NCBI GenBank assembly: GCA_030426805.1
Contig: JAUHXU010000001.1
Span: forward strand, 605,584-669,583
Origin: a bacterium
Lineage (GTDB): Bacteria; Planctomycetota; JAFGQW01
Direction: 5' to 3'
Length of the DNA: 64,000 bases
Position numbers and translations under genes: made by a program. Shown one piece after another: positions 1 through 10,318 of this stretch. Each line of letters starts with the position of its first letter. Within the stretch, counting starts at the first letter, position 1. Under the pieces are notes generated by a model. It saw only the letters and a program-made list of their open reading frames with translations. It searched no databases and was not told the DNA's origin.

Positions 1-1302
1 CTGGTTCAGCGCGACCGCGCCCCGTTCGTCCCGGGCGGCCCGGCGCGCCCGGGCGATCCGATCGGCGATACGCACCGCCGCCGCGTGCGGGGCGTCGTCG
101 TCGCCGTCGCCCGCGAGCAGCGCGTCGACGTCCGCGTAGCTCAGGTTGTCGGCGATCGTGATCCGTTCGCGGACGATCGTCGGCTCCGGCGGCTCGGACT
201 GCTCATCGCTGAACGCGAAGTAGAAGCTCAGGACCGGTCGCTCGACGCCGGCGCGCAGACTCAGCGCGTCCTCGCTCAACGCCGCGGGGAACATCGGATA
301 CTTGCGGTCGGGCAGATAGACGGTCGTGCCGCGCGAGTAGGCGGTCTCGTCGAGCAGCGAACCGCGCGGGACGAACGGCGCGGGATCGGCGATGTGCACG
401 CCGAGCCGGATCCCGTCCGGCGTGACGTCGACGCTGATCGCGTCGTCGTAGTCGCGCGTGTCGACATCGTCGATCGTGAACGCCGGGGTCGGTGCCGCCG
501 GGCGATCGGGCAACGCGCCGGTCACCGCCTCGACCACGTCGGCGACGGCGGCCTCGTGCTGCGGCCCGAACGCACGGTTGAGGCGGTGGCGGTGAACGAG
601 CAGGTCGGTCGGGCGGGCGATCGCCCGGGTCGCGACGAGCAGGTCGACCGCGGCGTGACGGCGAGACGGTCCCTGTGCGTGCGCACCGAGGCGCTCGACG
701 ATGCGCTCGCCCGGGCCGCTGCCGTTGATCGTGAACGACGCGAGCGCGTCGACCGCGTCGGACCACGCGTCGTCGGCCGCCGCATCCGGTGCGTCGAGGC
801 GCGCCTTCACCGACGCCGTCATCCGGTCGAGCACACGCTCACGCTCGGCCGCGCGCCGTGCCCGCTCGAGCGCCGCCGATCGCTGTGCGCGCGTCAGCGG
901 CCGGTAGCGCTGGCGCACCCGCTCGAAGTAGGCGTCGCTGCCGACGATCGCCAGATCGGTCGCCTTCAGCTCGACGAGCCCCGCGCGATCCCCGAACCAC
1001 GCTCCGGCCAGCGTGCGAAGCGTCGCCGGATCCTCACGATCGGCGACGCTCTCCCACAGCAGTTCGACGTCGACCTCGGCCGCGAGCCGTTCGGCGCGCT
1101 CGACCATCTCGCGGAGCTGCGCGGCCGCGTCGCCCTTCGTCGCGGCATCGACCGATTCACGGTGCGCGAGCCGATCGGGCGCGATCGTGTGACGCTTGCC
1201 GAAGACCGTCTCGACGACGAGCTTGGCCCCTTTCGCCTCGAGCCCGAGCGCGGGAGTCAGCCGCTCCCCCTCCGGCATCAACACCACGTCGAACTGCGCC
1301 AC
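1..1302 (-). CDS. RNase II/RNB-domain exoribonuclease (3' end runs off the window)
   Basis: Not in the ORF track because there is no stop in the window. Hand translation gives TIDDVDTRDYDDAISV...GVHIADP...RGTTVYLPDRKYPMFP...LSL, the RNB catalytic motif. GTG start at 1302 is preceded by GGAGG. Confidence 0.9.
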   Translation of the reverse strand, partial: MAQFDVVLMPEGERLTPALGLEAKGAKLVVETVFGKRHTIAPDRLAHRESVDAATKGDAAAQLREMVERAERLAAEVDVELLWESVADREDPATLRTLAGAWFGDRAGLVELKATDLAIVGSDAYFERVRQRYRPLTRAQRSAALERARRAAERERVLDRMTASVKARLDAPDAAADDAWSDAVDALASFTINGSGPGERIVERLGAHAQGPSRRHAAVDLLVATRAIARPTDLLVHRHRLNRAFGPQHEAAVADVVEAVTGALPDRPAAPTPAFTIDDVDTRDYDDAISVDVTPDGIRLGVHIADPAPFVPRGSLLDETAYSRGTTVYLPDRKYPMFPAALSEDALSLRAGVERPVLSFYFAFSDEQSEPPEPTIVRERITIADNLSYADVDALLAGDGDDDAPHAAAVRIADRIARARRAARDERGAVALNQ

Positions 1303-1466
1303 GAATGCGTCCCCTCCGGCCCGCGCGATCGCGGCGCGCTCCTCGGCGCGACCACGATCCCGGTCGGGTCATCTTATCATCGCGCGAGCGTGACGCGATC
1401 GTTCGCCGCGGCCGCACTTCTGCGGCGTCGGCCCGTGCGCTACAATGAGCCGAGGAGGTTTCTGCC

Positions 1467-3557
1467 ATGCAAGTCCGCTGGACGCTCGCCCTCGCCCTGT
1501 CGCTCGCAATCGCGCTCCCGGTGCTCCCCGCCGACGCGCAAGACGGCGGCCTCGCCGCATCGCTCGAGACGATCCGCGATGTCGGAGCGGACGGCAAGCC
1601 ACTCGCGGAGCGCAAGGCGGCGGCAGCGGCACTCGACGGCGCGACGGCCGCCGACCTCCCCGCCCTGTGGGAGACGCTCGAGACGCTGCAGATCTTCCGC
1701 CACAATCGCGACGTCGAGCGCAAGCGCCTCGACAAGCAGATCGGCACGCTGCGCCGGCTGGGCGACGGGCCGAACGACACCGAAGGCCGCGCGAAGAAGA
1801 AGCTCGCCGAGAAGCGCGAGGAAGTCGCGAAGATCCGCGCCGAGATCGACGGGGAAGACGCGCTGATCGAGTCGCTCTACGCCGCCGCGGCGGGTGCGTT
1901 CTCTCGCACGCCGGCCGATGCACGCGACGACGCGGTCGCACCATTGCTGGCGACGTGGAAAGAAGCCGAGGACCTCTTTCGGCGGGAACGCCTCGCGACG
2001 CTCTTCGGGCGCTTCCCGACCCGGACGGCCGAGCGAGCCCTCGTCGCGGCACTCGGCGACGACCACCTGCCCGTCCGGGTCGAAGCGGCACGCAGCCTCG
2101 CGCGGCACGCCGGTGCGGCCAAGCCCGATGCGAGCGACACCTGGCGCAAGCTCTACGCGAAGATCCCGCGCGACCTCGTCGCGCTCGAACGCGAGCGTCG
2201 CAAGGTCCACAAGGAGTACGAACGCCAGGGCCGCAAGTTCGTCAAGAAGTCGACCGGCGAGGCGGCCGTGGTTCCGAAGGCGGCGCGCGCGTCGAACGAG
2301 AAGCGCCACGAAGCCGAACTGCGGCTCGCGTCACTCGACGCCGTCGTCGTGGCCTATCGCGAGTTGGTCGCGGCCCTGCACGAGGCGCTCCCCGAGGCGG
2401 CGCGCGCCGAGCAACTCGCACCGCTGCTCGAGAAGCTCGACCGAACGCGCAAGGCCGACGATGCCGCATTCCTCGTCGAGACGCTCGGCTACCTCGGCGA
2501 CCCGGCCGCCCGCGCCGCGATCGAGCGGCAACTCTCGAACGAAGCGCCCGAGGTCCGCATCGCCGCGTGTGATGCGCTCGGCCGCCAAGCCGACCCGAAG
2601 GCCGCGATCGCGCTGACCAGTGCGGTCGAGGATCCGCTTTGGCAGGTGCGCGTCGCTGCGATCGACGCCCTCCGGACACTCGGCGGACGTGACGCGGTCG
2701 ACGGCCTGATCATCGGCATCGCGAAAGCCGAGGGTCGCGTGATCCACGACCTCGCCGAAGCGCTGCAGGCGCTGACCGGCCAGAACTTCCACGACAACAA
2801 GGTGCTGTGGAAGAAGTGGTGGAAGGAAAACCGCACCGCCTACGCGGGTCCGCCGAAAGCGGCACCGGCGCCCGAAGGAGGCGACGCGCCGGGCGCACCG
2901 GGCGGGCCACCGACGGCAGGCGCCGAGGGCCAACCGGGCGACCGCGTCAGCTTCTACGGCATCGAAACGCGCTCCAAACGCATCGTCTACATCCTCGACA
3001 TCTCGGGCAGCATGCAGTGGCGGCTCGTCGCCTACGCGTCCGGCGGCAAGGCGCCGCGCGCGGCGCCCAAGGGCGAGCGGAAGTTCGACCACGCGGTGAA
3101 GGAGCTGAAGCGGTCGATCACGTCGCTGCCGAAAGACGCCAAGTTCAACATCGTCTGCTACAGCGACATCGTGCGCGTCTGGCAGAAGACGCTGATCGAC
3201 GCATCGCCGGAGCAGAAGGAGAAGGCGTTCAAGTGGGTAGACGGCGCGGTCGTCAGTGGCGCGACGAACATCTTCGACGCGGTCGAGCGCGCGTTCGGAA
3301 TCGCGGGCCGCGGCGCACGTGACAAACGCTACGGCCTCGCCGCCGACACGTTCTACCTCCTCACCGACGGTCGCCCGAACCGCGGCCGCGTGATCGAGCC
3401 GGACGCGATGATCACGGAGATCGGTCGCCTGAACAAGTTCAAGCGCGTCGTGATCCACACGATCGGCCTCGGTCGCGACGCCGACTGGGAGTTCCTCGAA
3501 GACCTCGCCGAACAGTCCGGTGGCCAGTGCAAGCTGATCACCGGCAAGAAGGGCTGA
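1467..3557 (+). CDS. Secreted HEAT-repeat plus von Willebrand factor A domain protein
   Basis: Signal peptide; HEAT repeats (VRVEAARSL, VRIAACDALG, VRVAAIDAL); MIDAS elements ILDISGSM, FYLLTDG, IHTIGLG. TACAAT -10-like box at 1441. Confidence 0.85.
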   Translation: MQVRWTLALALSLAIALPVLPADAQDGGLAASLETIRDVGADGKPLAERKAAAAALDGATAADLPALWETLETLQIFRHNRDVERKRLDKQIGTLRRLGDGPNDTEGRAKKKLAEKREEVAKIRAEIDGEDALIESLYAAAAGAFSRTPADARDDAVAPLLATWKEAEDLFRRERLATLFGRFPTRTAERALVAALGDDHLPVRVEAARSLARHAGAAKPDASDTWRKLYAKIPRDLVALERERRKVHKEYERQGRKFVKKSTGEAAVVPKAARASNEKRHEAELRLASLDAVVVAYRELVAALHEALPEAARAEQLAPLLEKLDRTRKADDAAFLVETLGYLGDPAARAAIERQLSNEAPEVRIAACDALGRQADPKAAIALTSAVEDPLWQVRVAAIDALRTLGGRDAVDGLIIGIAKAEGRVIHDLAEALQALTGQNFHDNKVLWKKWWKENRTAYAGPPKAAPAPEGGDAPGAPGGPPTAGAEGQPGDRVSFYGIETRSKRIVYILDISGSMQWRLVAYASGGKAPRAAPKGERKFDHAVKELKRSITSLPKDAKFNIVCYSDIVRVWQKTLIDASPEQKEKAFKWVDGAVVSGATNIFDAVERAFGIAGRGARDKRYGLAADTFYLLTDGRPNRGRVIEPDAMITEIGRLNKFKRVVIHTIGLGRDADWEFLEDLAEQSGGQCKLITGKKG

Positions 3558-3579
3558 TCGCCCCGACGCCGCTGCGCTG

Positions 3580-3629
3580 AAAAAGAGAGCGGGTGGCGGG
3601 GGCCGCAGCGCGCCCCCGCACACCCGCTC
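3580..3629 (-). terminator. Intrinsic terminator between convergent genes
   Basis: GAGCGGGTG...CACCCGCTC stem with an inner GC stem. The A-run at 3580-3584 gives a U-tract on the minus strand downstream of the 4148-3651 gene. Confidence 0.65.
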
Positions 3630-3650
3630 GAAAACGGAGAGGGATTCGGG

Positions 3651-4148
3651 TCAGGCCGCGATCGGCAGCGGGCGTGGTCGGGGCGCATCGTCTTCGACAC
3701 GCGTGATGCCGACGGCGTCGGTCAGCAGCACGCTGCCGAGTGTGCCGAGCACGGTCCAGAAGCTGCGCTTCGGTTCCGGCTTGCGGACGCGCACCGACGG
3801 ACCGGTCTTGCCGTCCACCTTGACCGACACGACGTAGATCGTGCCACCCGAGTCGGTCGACGTCTGGGGATAGCCGGTCTTGCCGCCGGACTTGCCGCCC
3901 GGCCATTCCCCCTTGCTGTCCGACTTCGCCGGCGGGTCGCCGACCGGTTTCTCCTTGCCACCGTTGCTGACATCCGTGACCTCGACGGACACCGGCGTGT
4001 CGGCGGGCAACCCGCTGACCCGGACGTTGAGCGCGCCGCCGCCCGCACCGAGCCACTCGACGTGGACCGTCGGCGTCTGCGCGCCGAGGCCCACGGCACC
4101 GGACGCACCGACCAACCCTGCGAGCACGAGGGAACGTAGCTTGAACAT
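3651..4148 (-). CDS. Small secreted hypothetical protein (beta-rich, with a hydrophobic C-terminal segment)
   Basis: ATG at 4148 with AAGGAAAG upstream; signal peptide MFKLRSLVLAGLVGASGAVGLGAQ; typical codon usage. Confidence 0.7.
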   Translation of the reverse strand: MFKLRSLVLAGLVGASGAVGLGAQTPTVHVEWLGAGGGALNVRVSGLPADTPVSVEVTDVSNGGKEKPVGDPPAKSDSKGEWPGGKSGGKTGYPQTSTDSGGTIYVVSVKVDGKTGPSVRVRKPEPKRSFWTVLGTLGSVLLTDAVGITRVEDDAPRPRPLPIAA

Positions 4149-4237
4149 GTCGCTTTCCTTTCGCTGCGCCGAACCGGACCCTCTCCGTCCGTCGACGAGC
4201 GGCGACGCCCACGAGGCGCCGCCGCGGGAGACTCGAA

Positions 4238-6538
4238 TCAATGCGCCGGCGCGAGGCGCAACGCGACGTGGGCGACGCGGCCCCAGGACCCGACGACGAG
4301 GCGCGCGGCCGCGGGCCGATGCCCATCGGCGGTCGCGACGATCGCATACCGTCCGGGCGAGACGCGCCACGCGGCGAGCCCATTCGGATCGCACGCGACG
4401 CGGCCGACCGCTCGACCGGCAGTCATGAACGCGACGACCGCGTGACCGATCGGGCGGCCGTCGCGATCGCTGTGCACACGCACCTCGACACGACCGCGCG
4501 GCGCGTGCACGATGCGGATCGCCGGGCCCGGCCGGACCGCGCGGGCGATCGTGAACCCGCGCGCCGGGTCGCCGAACGCGACGTCCCGCGGGCCCGCCGG
4601 CAGCGCGCGCAACACGAAGCGGCCATCGTCACCGGTCGTCGTCCGTCGGGGGACGTCGCCCGACAACAGCGTCGTGACCGGCACGCCGGCCAACGGTCGG
4701 CCCGACCCGTCGACCGCGAGCCCCGGAAGATCGCGCGTCGCCGCCGGGTCGAGGGTCACGTCCACGGTCGCCGCCGGCAGGACGTCGACCGATGCACGGT
4801 GCGCGAACACGATCCCGTCGCGCCCCACCGCCTCGACGCGCAAACGCCCCGCAGGCACCGCCTCGACCGTCGCGACCGCGGCGTCGAAGTCGGCACGCGC
4901 GACGATCCGTCCGCCTCGTCGAATCACCGCCTCCGCGTCGACGGGCGCATCGAGCCGGACGACGATCCGCCCGGTGTGCACCGCGACGAGTCGAAGCGAC
5001 TCCGCACCGGGTGCGCAGGGATTGCTCTCGACGCTCGCGCCGTCGACGGCGGTCGCGCGGACTCGATAGCGCCACCCCCCACGCAGTCGATCGACGGCGA
5101 ACCGACCGCGCTCGTCGCACACGACGGTCGGCGTCGTGAACGGTTCGCCATCGAACAGCCGCGGCATCGCGCACGGCACGAGTTCGACGCGCGCGGCCAC
5201 GCACGGCTGCCCATGCGCATCGACGACGACCCCGCGAATCGGCCCGACCGGCGGTCCGAGCCGCAAGACGACGCGCCCCCCGACGCGCGCACGCACCGCG
5301 GACGAGTCGCGACCGTCGGCCGCCACCGCGCGGAGCCGCACCGGCCCGCGCGGCATCGACGCGACCGAGAACCGGCCGTGCCGATCCACATCGATGCGTC
5401 GCACGACCCGCGCCCGGTCGGCGACCCAAACGACCGCCGCACACGGCGCACCGTCGGCCGCGACGACGCGTCCCGCGATCGCCCGGTCCTCCGCGAGCGT
5501 CACGTCGACGACGCGCGTGACGCCCGGCCGACAACGCAGCGCCCGAGCGACACCGCACAACCCGTCCGCGCGAACGACGACGGAAACCGCCGTGAACGGC
5601 GGCACGCCGACGAGCCGATACCGGCCGGCACGGTCGGTCTCGGTGCACAGTGCCGCGGCGACCGACTCCCCGTCGATCACCGCATCGGTCGCGGGCACAA
5701 CGACGCGCGCCGACCGATCGACGACGCGGACGTGCACGCGAGCGCCGGCGACCGGCCGCCCGGCCGCGGTGACGACCCCTTCGAGGCTGACGGCGCGGAC
5801 GACGTGCAACTCGGCCGCCCCGTCGGCGAGCCGCACCGATCCGCCGTCGGCGTCACGCCACACGAACCACGCTTCGTCGTCGAGTTCGACCCGGAGCCGA
5901 TCCGCGTCGGCGTGTGGCAATCCGACGACGCGCAACCGCCCGGCATCGTCGGAGGTCGCCCTGCGGACGACGCCGCTCTCCGGATCGGTCACGACGAACG
6001 CGACGCCCGGCTGCGGCCGTTCACGCACCGCGTCGACGATCGTCATCGCAAGCGCGACGCCGCGTCGAACGCGAATCCGGATGCCGCGACGCGACGCGGT
6101 CGGCCCGAGCGCGATTCGCGCCGGCGCGTGCGTGGCCGGACGCGCGACGAGCTCGATCGCGCCGGCCACGTCGTCGTCGAACCGAAACGAACCGTCGCCC
6201 GCGATGGGCGCGACCGCATCGCGACGACCGCCGCGAACGAGCGCGACGCTACCGCCTCCGATCGCAGAACCGTCTTCGCCGACGACGTGCCCGTCGATTC
6301 CGGTGCGGGCCGACACCGCCCGCGTCGCCTCGTGACGACGCGCCGGCGCGTGTGGCCGCGATACCACGTCGCCCGGCACCGGCGGCAACGCGTCCACCGC
6401 TCGGGCCACGCTGCCCGCACCGGCGACCGCCACGACCCGGTGCGGGGGCGGCGCCGCGCCGGTCGCCCCGATCGACAGGATCGCCCCCGCCCCTGCACCA
6501 CAGAACAACAGCAAACCGACTGCGGGCCAACGTCGCAT
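4238..6538 (-). CDS. Carboxypeptidase regulatory-like (transthyretin/Ig-like) repeat protein
   Basis: N-terminal hydrophobic segment; repeated G-x-V-V...G-x-P...A-x-V...T-D-x-x-G-R-F/Y units. Confidence 0.75.
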   Translation of the reverse strand: MRRWPAVGLLLFCGAGAGAILSIGATGAAPPPHRVVAVAGAGSVARAVDALPPVPGDVVSRPHAPARRHEATRAVSARTGIDGHVVGEDGSAIGGGSVALVRGGRRDAVAPIAGDGSFRFDDDVAGAIELVARPATHAPARIALGPTASRRGIRIRVRRGVALAMTIVDAVRERPQPGVAFVVTDPESGVVRRATSDDAGRLRVVGLPHADADRLRVELDDEAWFVWRDADGGSVRLADGAAELHVVRAVSLEGVVTAAGRPVAGARVHVRVVDRSARVVVPATDAVIDGESVAAALCTETDRAGRYRLVGVPPFTAVSVVVRADGLCGVARALRCRPGVTRVVDVTLAEDRAIAGRVVAADGAPCAAVVWVADRARVVRRIDVDRHGRFSVASMPRGPVRLRAVAADGRDSSAVRARVGGRVVLRLGPPVGPIRGVVVDAHGQPCVAARVELVPCAMPRLFDGEPFTTPTVVCDERGRFAVDRLRGGWRYRVRATAVDGASVESNPCAPGAESLRLVAVHTGRIVVRLDAPVDAEAVIRRGGRIVARADFDAAVATVEAVPAGRLRVEAVGRDGIVFAHRASVDVLPAATVDVTLDPAATRDLPGLAVDGSGRPLAGVPVTTLLSGDVPRRTTTGDDGRFVLRALPAGPRDVAFGDPARGFTIARAVRPGPAIRIVHAPRGRVEVRVHSDRDGRPIGHAVVAFMTAGRAVGRVACDPNGLAAWRVSPGRYAIVATADGHRPAAARLVVGSWGRVAHVALRLAPAH

Positions 6539-6684
6539 CGAGGCGTCCTTTCGCTCGGTCACGACCGACGAACCGGCCGCGAGCAGCGAAGTGGTCGGCC
6601 GCGGACGCGATTCGATATCCGGAATCCGGATTTGGCTCCCGCGTGCTCGCGCCGCATGGTCGACCTGCGTCGACGCGCATCGTC

Positions 6685-6693
6685 TGGTATAGT
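6685..6693 (+). promoter_or_regulatory. Extended -10-like promoter element (TGGTATAGT) for the PPIase gene
   Basis: TG-N-TATAGT about 40 nt upstream of the ATG at 6732, in a divergent intergenic region. Confidence 0.4.
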
Positions 6694-6731
6694 GACGGGA
6701 GCCGAGCCGCCGTCAGGACGAGGGAATTGAG

Positions 6732-8165
6732 ATGCCAGGCCTTTCGATCGCGCGGCCGGGGTCCGTCGCCACCGCGCTGCTCCTTGCGGCAACGGCGGCG
6801 TTCGCGCAGCCGGACGCGGCGCGCGACGACGCACGCGCCATCACCGACCCGCCCTTCCCGTCGGCCGATGCGATGCGCGCGGTCGCGGCGCGGATCAACG
6901 GCGAGCCGATCCGACTGCGCGCGATTCTCGACGAAGCCGCCCTCCTCTACGCGGTGCCGGCGACCGACATGCTCGTGCAAGAGGCGATCCTGCGCGCCGA
7001 AGCCCGACGACGCGGCGTGACGCCGAGCGACGCGGCGGTGGACGACGAGATCGCGCGCTTCGTCGCGACGCGCAACGAGACACGCCCGCTCGCCGACGTA
7101 CTCCGGCAGCGGCGCATGAGCTGGTCGCGCTTTCACACGCGAATGCGACACAACGCGATCCGTTCGGCATTGCTCGCGAAGGACCGCGTCGACGCGCGTG
7201 ACGAGACCGCCGCGAGCGCGTGGCAGCGGCGGCTCACATCGCTCTACGACGTGACGACCGATCCGCTGGCGCTGCCCGAGGGCACGTTCGCGATCGTCCG
7301 GGATACGAAGGGGGCCGAGGTCGCGCAGATCACGACCGACGACCTCCTGGCCGAGCGGCTCCCGACGTTGACGCTTCGCCACCTCGATCGCGCGCTGGCC
7401 GAGCGGGCGCGCATCGTCGCGATCGACGCGACCCTCCGCGCACGGGGAATCGCCCCGTCCGCGTCGCGCGTCGCCGCGCGCGTCGGCGCATTTCGCGAAC
7501 AACACACCGACGCCTTCCCGTGGGAGCAAGCGCTTCGCGCGATCGGACGCAACGCGCACCTCGAGATCCGCCGGTTCCGCCACGACGACGCGATCGACCA
7601 GGTCATCGGCACCGATGCCGACGACGCCACGCTGCGCGCCTACTACACAGCCCGCCCGGACCACTTCGGCCGCGCGACCGTCACGGCGAGCCACATCCTG
7701 ATCCGCAACGCCGATCCGGTCACCGGGCGCATCGACTACGAGGCGGCGCGGCGACGGATCGTCGCGGTCGCCCGAGAGCTGGCCGGCGGCGCGTCGTTCG
7801 AATCGCTGGCCCGCCGCTACTCCGAGGACGCGGCGAGTCGCGAACGCGGCGGCGACATCGGGATGTTCACGCTCGTCAGCGCCTACGACCGGGACTTCTG
7901 CCGACTCGCGTTCACGCTGCGCGAGGGCGAGGTCTCCCCACCGGTGAAGACGCGCCAAGGGTGGCACCTGATCAAGTGCCGTCAACGGACGGAGCCGCGG
8001 CTCGACGACTATCCGTTCGAACGCGTGCGCGACATCGTCCGCGACGACCGCCAGGACGAGTTGCGCCGCCGCTGGATCGAGCGCAACGTGGAGGTCGACG
8101 TGTCCGACGTGCTGGACCGCGTCGCGCTTCGCTACGTGCGGCCGGTACGGGTGCAACCGCGATGA
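6732..8165 (+). CDS. PpiC/parvulin-type peptidyl-prolyl isomerase (SurA/PrsA-like foldase)
   Basis: Signal peptide; two SurA-N-like helical segments; parvulin motifs ASHILI, FESLARRYSED, GGDIG, GEVSPPVKTRQGWHLIK. Confidence 0.88.
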   Translation: MPGLSIARPGSVATALLLAATAAFAQPDAARDDARAITDPPFPSADAMRAVAARINGEPIRLRAILDEAALLYAVPATDMLVQEAILRAEARRRGVTPSDAAVDDEIARFVATRNETRPLADVLRQRRMSWSRFHTRMRHNAIRSALLAKDRVDARDETAASAWQRRLTSLYDVTTDPLALPEGTFAIVRDTKGAEVAQITTDDLLAERLPTLTLRHLDRALAERARIVAIDATLRARGIAPSASRVAARVGAFREQHTDAFPWEQALRAIGRNAHLEIRRFRHDDAIDQVIGTDADDATLRAYYTARPDHFGRATVTASHILIRNADPVTGRIDYEAARRRIVAVARELAGGASFESLARRYSEDAASRERGGDIGMFTLVSAYDRDFCRLAFTLREGEVSPPVKTRQGWHLIKCRQRTEPRLDDYPFERVRDIVRDDRQDELRRRWIERNVEVDVSDVLDRVALRYVRPVRVQPR

Positions 8166-8204
8166 CGTGGTAGACTTCCGGGCACTTCCAACCTGGAGAC
8201 CCGG

Positions 8205-9680
8205 ATGACGCCCCTCCTCGCCCGCGCGGCCGTTGCCGCGACGCTCGTCCTGCTCGCGGTCGGCTGCCGCGGCACCGAAGCGCCTCCTGCCGTCGAGTCG
8301 GCCGGGCCGACCCCGCTCGTCGTCGGCGTGCTCTTGCTCGACGGCGTCTACGGCACCGAGTTGACCGCGCCGATCGACGTGTTTCAGCACACGGTGCACC
8401 ACACGAAGCCGGGCATGCGCGTCGTGACGATCGGACGCACCGCCGCGACGGTGCGCACGGCCGAAGGGCTCGCGATCACGCCGGATCACGCACTGGCCGA
8501 CGCCCCGCGCCTCGACGTCCTCGTCGTGCCGAGCGGCGAGCACTCGATGAGCGGCGACCTCGAAGATCTCGCACTGATCGAGTGGGTATCGGACCGCGGC
8601 GAGCGCGCGAAGCACGTCGTGTCGTTGTGCGACGGCGCATTCGTTCTCGCGGAGGCGGGACTGCTCCGGGACCGGCGATGCACGACGTTTCCCGGCGACA
8701 TCCCGATCTTCCGCAAGACCTACCCCTATCTCTCGGTGGTCGAGGACGTGAGCTTCGTCGTCGATGGCCCGTGCATCACGAGCGCCGGCGGCGCGCGCGC
8801 GTTCGACCCGGCCCTCTACCTCGTGGACCGGTTGTTCGGCCGCACGGTCGCGGAGAGCATCGCCGACGGACTCGCGATCGAGTGGGCGCCCGACGCGGTC
8901 GCGCACGTGATCGGCGACGGCGACGCACCGCCGAGCGCCCTGCCGCGCTGCTTCCTACCCGGCGACACGCTACCGTCCGACGTCACGGTCGAACGCGCGG
9001 ACGGATCCGCGGTCGCGCTCGGTGCGATCGCCGGTGAACGCGATTGCCGCGCGATCGTGCTCTGCCTCTGGGCCGGCGCCGAAGCGGGCGACACGCGCAA
9101 GCGAGGCGGGCTGTGGTGCGAGGACTCCTACGGCGACTTGCCGCTGATCCGTCACCTGATGCTCGACTACGAACCGCGCGGCGTGCGCTTCGTCTGCGTC
9201 GCGTGCCCGCCGGTCTACCACGCGACCGAGTTCGGCTACGACGCGACCGCCTTCCTCGCACGGCCCGACGACGATCCGATCTACCGCGACGCGCGCGACA
9301 CGTTCGTCACGCGGACGCAGGCCCTCGTCGCGCGCGACGTCCTGCCGTTCGGCGAACTCTACTTCGACCCCCGCTTCCGCCTGCTCGCCAATCCCGCGCG
9401 CGGGCTGCCGGCCGCGGCGCTCGGCCCGGCGCCGACATGGCAGGGTCGGTTCAAGTGGTACCGCGATACCCAGGCCTACGGAACGCCGACGATCTGGGTG
9501 CTCGAGCCGGACCTCCGGGTCCACGGGGCGCCGTTCTTCATGAACGTCTACGAGTCCGAGGGCCGGCACCTGAACTACACCGTCCGGGACGTCCGGGCGC
9601 GCCTCGATCGCCTGATCGGCCACGATCCGATCCCGAAGCGGGACCCCGCGGCGGGGGCCGCCGGGCCGGGCCCTGGTTGA
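8205..9680 (+). CDS. Lipoprotein: DJ-1/PfpI domain fused to a redoxin/thioredoxin-like domain
   Basis: Lipobox LAVGC; DJ-1 motifs ELTAPIDVF, LDVLVVPSG, SLCDGAFVLAEAGLL, ITSAG; C-terminal half has WCEDS, GVRFVCV and YGTPTIWVL. Confidence 0.75.
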   Translation: MTPLLARAAVAATLVLLAVGCRGTEAPPAVESAGPTPLVVGVLLLDGVYGTELTAPIDVFQHTVHHTKPGMRVVTIGRTAATVRTAEGLAITPDHALADAPRLDVLVVPSGEHSMSGDLEDLALIEWVSDRGERAKHVVSLCDGAFVLAEAGLLRDRRCTTFPGDIPIFRKTYPYLSVVEDVSFVVDGPCITSAGGARAFDPALYLVDRLFGRTVAESIADGLAIEWAPDAVAHVIGDGDAPPSALPRCFLPGDTLPSDVTVERADGSAVALGAIAGERDCRAIVLCLWAGAEAGDTRKRGGLWCEDSYGDLPLIRHLMLDYEPRGVRFVCVACPPVYHATEFGYDATAFLARPDDDPIYRDARDTFVTRTQALVARDVLPFGELYFDPRFRLLANPARGLPAAALGPAPTWQGRFKWYRDTQAYGTPTIWVLEPDLRVHGAPFFMNVYESEGRHLNYTVRDVRARLDRLIGHDPIPKRDPAAGAAGPGPG

Positions 9681-9712
9681 AAGGCCGACCCGCGGTGGAG
9701 TAGGATCGAGGC

Positions 9713-10318
9713 ATGCTCCCCGACCCCGTCACGCCTCGCCGACGGACGCCGTCGCTGCACATCCACGCGGCCGACGACATCCGATACATCCGCCAGACGA
9801 TGGAGGCGAGCGCCTCGTTCACGGCGCTGTCGGGCCTCGGCGGGATCGCGATGGGCGTGACCGCGCTCATCGCGACGCTCGTCGCCGCGAACGCCGCGAG
9901 CGAGCGGGCCTACTTCGTGACGTGGTGCGTCGAGGCGCTGCTCGGCGTCGCGATCGGCACGGGTGCGACCTACTGGAAAGCGCGTCAGGCGAACGTCAAC
10001 CTGCTCAAGGGGGCCGCGCGCAAGTTCGCGCTCAGCCTGTTCCCGCCGGTCATCGCCGGGGCGTTGATCACGATGGTCGTCTACCAGAACGACCTCGACT
10101 TCGCGCTCCCGAGCCTGTGGCTGCTCTGCTACGGGGCCGGCGTCGTGACCGCCGGCGCGTTCTCGGTGCGCATCGTCCCGCTGATGGGACTCTGCTTCAT
10201 GACGCTCGGTGGCGTCGCGTTGTTCGCGACCGAACTCGCCGATGCGTTCATGGCGATCGGCTTCGGTGGCCTCCACATCTTGTTCGGGGCGATCATCGCC
10301 TGGAAGTACGGTGGGTGA
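9713..10318 (+). CDS. Multi-pass membrane hypothetical protein
   Basis: About six hydrophobic segments; translationally coupled (TGATG) to the downstream regulator. Confidence 0.75.
   Translation: MLPDPVTPRRRTPSLHIHAADDIRYIRQTMEASASFTALSGLGGIAMGVTALIATLVAANAASERAYFVTWCVEALLGVAIGTGATYWKARQANVNLLKGAARKFALSLFPPVIAGALITMVVYQNDLDFALPSLWLLCYGAGVVTAGAFSVRIVPLMGLCFMTLGGVALFATELADAFMAIGFGGLHILFGAIIAWKYGG

Noticed and set aside
85-1866. 593-aa plus-strand ORF and the many other long Arg/Ala-rich overlapping ORFs (for example 4241-6730, 16284-18833, 56366-59029)
   Set aside because: Antisense or off-frame shadows of real genes in high-GC DNA; no motifs, and the opposite frame carries recognisable proteins.
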